This document shows positions 34,891 to 37,071 of a stretch of DNA of 37,071 nucleotides, one piece after another; within the stretch, counting starts at the first letter, position 1; the number at the start of each line of letters is the position of its first letter. A program made the translations under genes and the position numbers. The stretch covers positions 1-37,071 of the forward strand of contig CAJFCJ010000176.1 of the NCBI GenBank assembly GCA_904063045.1. The letters are read 5' to 3'. The notes below the pieces were generated by a model. The model saw only the letters and a program-made list of their open reading frames with translations, had not been told where the DNA came from and made no database searches. The DNA comes from Dimorphilus gyrociliatus (lineage: Eukaryota; Animalia; Annelida).

Positions 34891-36280
34891 TTATTCATCG
34901 AATGATAATCGAACATTATTTGAAATAGCTTCTGTCCCCCCCATTTTCATAAAATAAATTATAATTATTTACGATAATTTGTAGCTTTTTTTCTTTTATT
35001 AAATCAGAATTAGGAATATCAATAGTTTTACCATGTAGACCTTGAATTATTCTGTAGCGCGCTCTTTCTTCTTCTTTACATAGTAATTCATGAAACCTTG
35101 CTATATTCGGATGAGCTATTATAGATTCTTGGTTAAATCCCTTATGCCAAGCTTCTATGATGTAAGTACGTGGAATATTCTTTTTAATCGTTTCATAGCA
35201 AGACCAAAATGTAATATCATATCTAGAATAGATAAAGCATCTCTCGTGGAATTTTCCGATGTAATTAGTTTCAAAGTAGTTCAGGAACGGTAATACTTTT
35301 TCTAAAAGAATTATAGAGTTTATTTCATTTTTAACTTTTATAAATTCTTTATTTACTAAATCTGGCGGATAAAAAGAAAGATTTAAAATTTTTCGGATTA
35401 TCTTTCTTGTATGAATATCTCTTTTATAATCAGTTGTAAGGCCTAGTTTTTGCACATTTTTCCATATTGCCTGACCAAAATGAAATATACCGTCATTGAT
35501 ATCTATATTGCTGAATAAATTTGGTAGTGAATTAAATAACGCCTTTCCAAAATCTATGATTATATTTTTCGGTTTCATATTACAGATAGATAATAAATAT
35601 GTAAAACATTCATTATATAAAAACTCGGTTCTATTGGTCGTAAGAATAAAGCATAATGGATAAAGCTTACCTAACACCTCCCCATGTATAGTTATTAATT
35701 GGTTACCCCCATTAGGAACAGATTTAAATGTTCCATCTATAAGCAAACCCGCTGCTTTGTCCAATGTGACTTCTGAAATGGGGGCTGAAACACTACATAT
35801 CTATTTGTGCCCATAATTCCGGTATCTCTCTTTTAAAATTTATCTCCTCTTAGATTATTATGTAGACTTTCCGGAAAATCGGGTACCGTAGGCTTAAGTC
35901 CATCATTCTTTTTATTTTTAATTCTGTTAACATAATTTTTTAACGCCCTCTCTGTAGGCATTTTAGCGATGAGGGGCTTTTTATGCTAGACATCGCTCTG
36001 ACTACAATGTCCGATGTTCTTTCATTTGATTCTAAAGTTTTTTCTTTTAATTTTTGCTTTTTTAAGTGTATATCAACTTTGTTAAGGTTTACATCATGAT
36101 TACAATTTATTCATATATTAACTTCCTTCATTTTATTCATATTTAATCTCCCTTTGCAAGATATTAGTTGACATCTCCATAATCTGACATCATCGTTTGT
36201 ATCATATAAGTTATAAAAAAAGCCTTGGTGGATCGCCATAGGGGTCCTCTTTGGTTTTTTGTGTATATTAGACCTGACAT
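34891..36280 (-). pseudogene. MULE transposase with a FLYWCH-like N-terminus
   Basis: LWRCQLISCKG; LIDGTFK; IIDFGKA; IFHFGQ; EAWH. The 282-codon open core is 34916-35764. Confidence 0.92.
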
Positions 36281-36658
36281 GTATATGGGCCCTTAGTTTT
36301 TTATAAAAAATTTAATTAAATTTTCAACTCGCCAGGGCGAGTTGATGCTCAGCAGTATATACCATAGAAGAAATATTGACAATGTAGTCACATTAAGAGA
36401 TGATGATAATAACACAAGATTAGCTCATAAAACGACGTCAAAACTATTTAATGATTAAAAGAGTTTATTAAATTTCGATATTAAATAAGTATAGTTTTTT
36501 ATGCTAAATAGGTAGGGGTCATTATTCGTTCAAAATTGACAAAATACCCCCCTATTAAAAAGCTAAAAAAGAGAGTTTAGTTCTATGCTAATTAGGCAAG
36601 GATGATTATTCGAACTACCAAACTTTAAAATTAAGGGTAAAAATTAACTAAAAACTTT

Positions 36659-36802
36659 AATTTTATGGTAATTTAATATAAAATCAGGGTGACATTATTC
36701 GTAAAGTGCCCACTATTCATCACAATAGTAAACATTGGTCCTAATTAACTACATCTGGAGAACTGACTACATGAGAAATTTATATTAAATTACCATAAAA
36801 TT
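36659..36802. repeat. Perfect 24-bp inverted repeat with a 96-nt spacer
   Basis: AATTTTATGGTAATTTAATATAAA (36659-36682) / TTTATATTAAATTACCATAAAATT (36779-36802). Confidence 0.9.
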
Positions 36803-36931
36803 CTGAGAATTAAATTATTTTAAACTTATTTTTACTATTTTGGTTGGTCCAAATTAACTACATTACTAATTTAATAGGGATTTTTTTTATATAAAATATT
36901 AAAAAGAGTAAAATTATTTAAAACAATGACT

Positions 36932-37071
36932 TTATTCTCTAAATGCTTTCAATACGTATTTGGATACAACTTTTAAATTTCCATTATCGTAATTCTATTA
37001 TCAATGGAAATAAAAGTGACAGTATAAATCTTATCGTGATAAAGTGATGACAACGCATTTCTTCTTGTCCT
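36932..37071 (-). pseudogene. C-terminal tail of a third integrase copy, running off the right edge
   Basis: RTRRNALSSLYHDKIYTVTF...VVSKYVLKAFRE*, similar to KTRRNTFELTYYKEQYNVVTF at ~17490-17560. Confidence 0.5.

Larger units (their letters stand above)
33821..36350 (-). mobile_element. Mutator-like element (MULE), ~1.54 kb net
   Basis: ~48-bp TIR G(T/A)GCATCAACTCGCC..GGCGAGTTGAAAATTTAATTAAATTTTTT. Flanks AGCGGT (33815-33820) / AGCAGT (36351-36356). Confidence 0.88.
29740..36460 (+). pseudogene. Ty3/Gypsy-like gag-protease relic split by MITE+Merlin, Tc1 and MULE insertions
   Basis: DQFKNLKDQCAWTDAQ; FDF|FRKGLP across the MITE TSD; KYCRYNRNNVHSSKQ (decayed Zn knuckle); KALLKVSGAKS|SI (DSGA-like) in frame across the MULE site. 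Confidence 0.5.

Noticed and set aside
460-35293. Antisense or alternate-frame ORFs in the track (e.g. 460-759, 6733-7083, 8456-8758, 13705-13947, 16463-16780, 20173-20496, 26951-27205, 35090-35293)
   Set aside because: They are shadows of transposase coding strands with no independent motifs.
1-37071. Bacterial IS1595/IS630 cluster in a prokaryotic genome
   Set aside because: It co-occurs with a FLYWCH-MULE, IR-DR Tc1 elements and a Gypsy relic. Starts show CCC motifs rather than Shine-Dalgarno sites, and there are no bacterial genes.

Overview
This is a very AT-rich eukaryotic window made almost entirely of nested, mostly decayed transposable elements. No intact host gene, rRNA, tRNA or CRISPR array is recognisable. 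It holds at least 13 Merlin (IS1595/IS1016-like, 8-bp TSD) elements or fragments, including a 160-bp MITE. It also holds about 10 IS630-Tc1-mariner elements or fragments (DD34E where countable, TA TSD), one of them with ~586-bp TIRs. There is one MULE with hairpin TIRs and an apparent 6-bp TSD, three relics of a stand-alone rve (Ginger-like) integrase, and a Ty3/Gypsy gag-protease relic forming the oldest layer at 29.7-36.5 kb. One orphan ORF abuts a 192-N gap. Intronless transposases, most with a CCC motif just upstream of the ATG, plus the Merlin load, suggest a TE-rich microsporidian genome (inference). Many insertions can be undone exactly from their TIRs and TSDs. The most unusual signals are Merlin 3'-terminal palindromes with co-varying arms, the MULE termini and TSD, the very long Tc1 TIRs, and the integrase-only elements. 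All calls come from manual reading; no database search was run.
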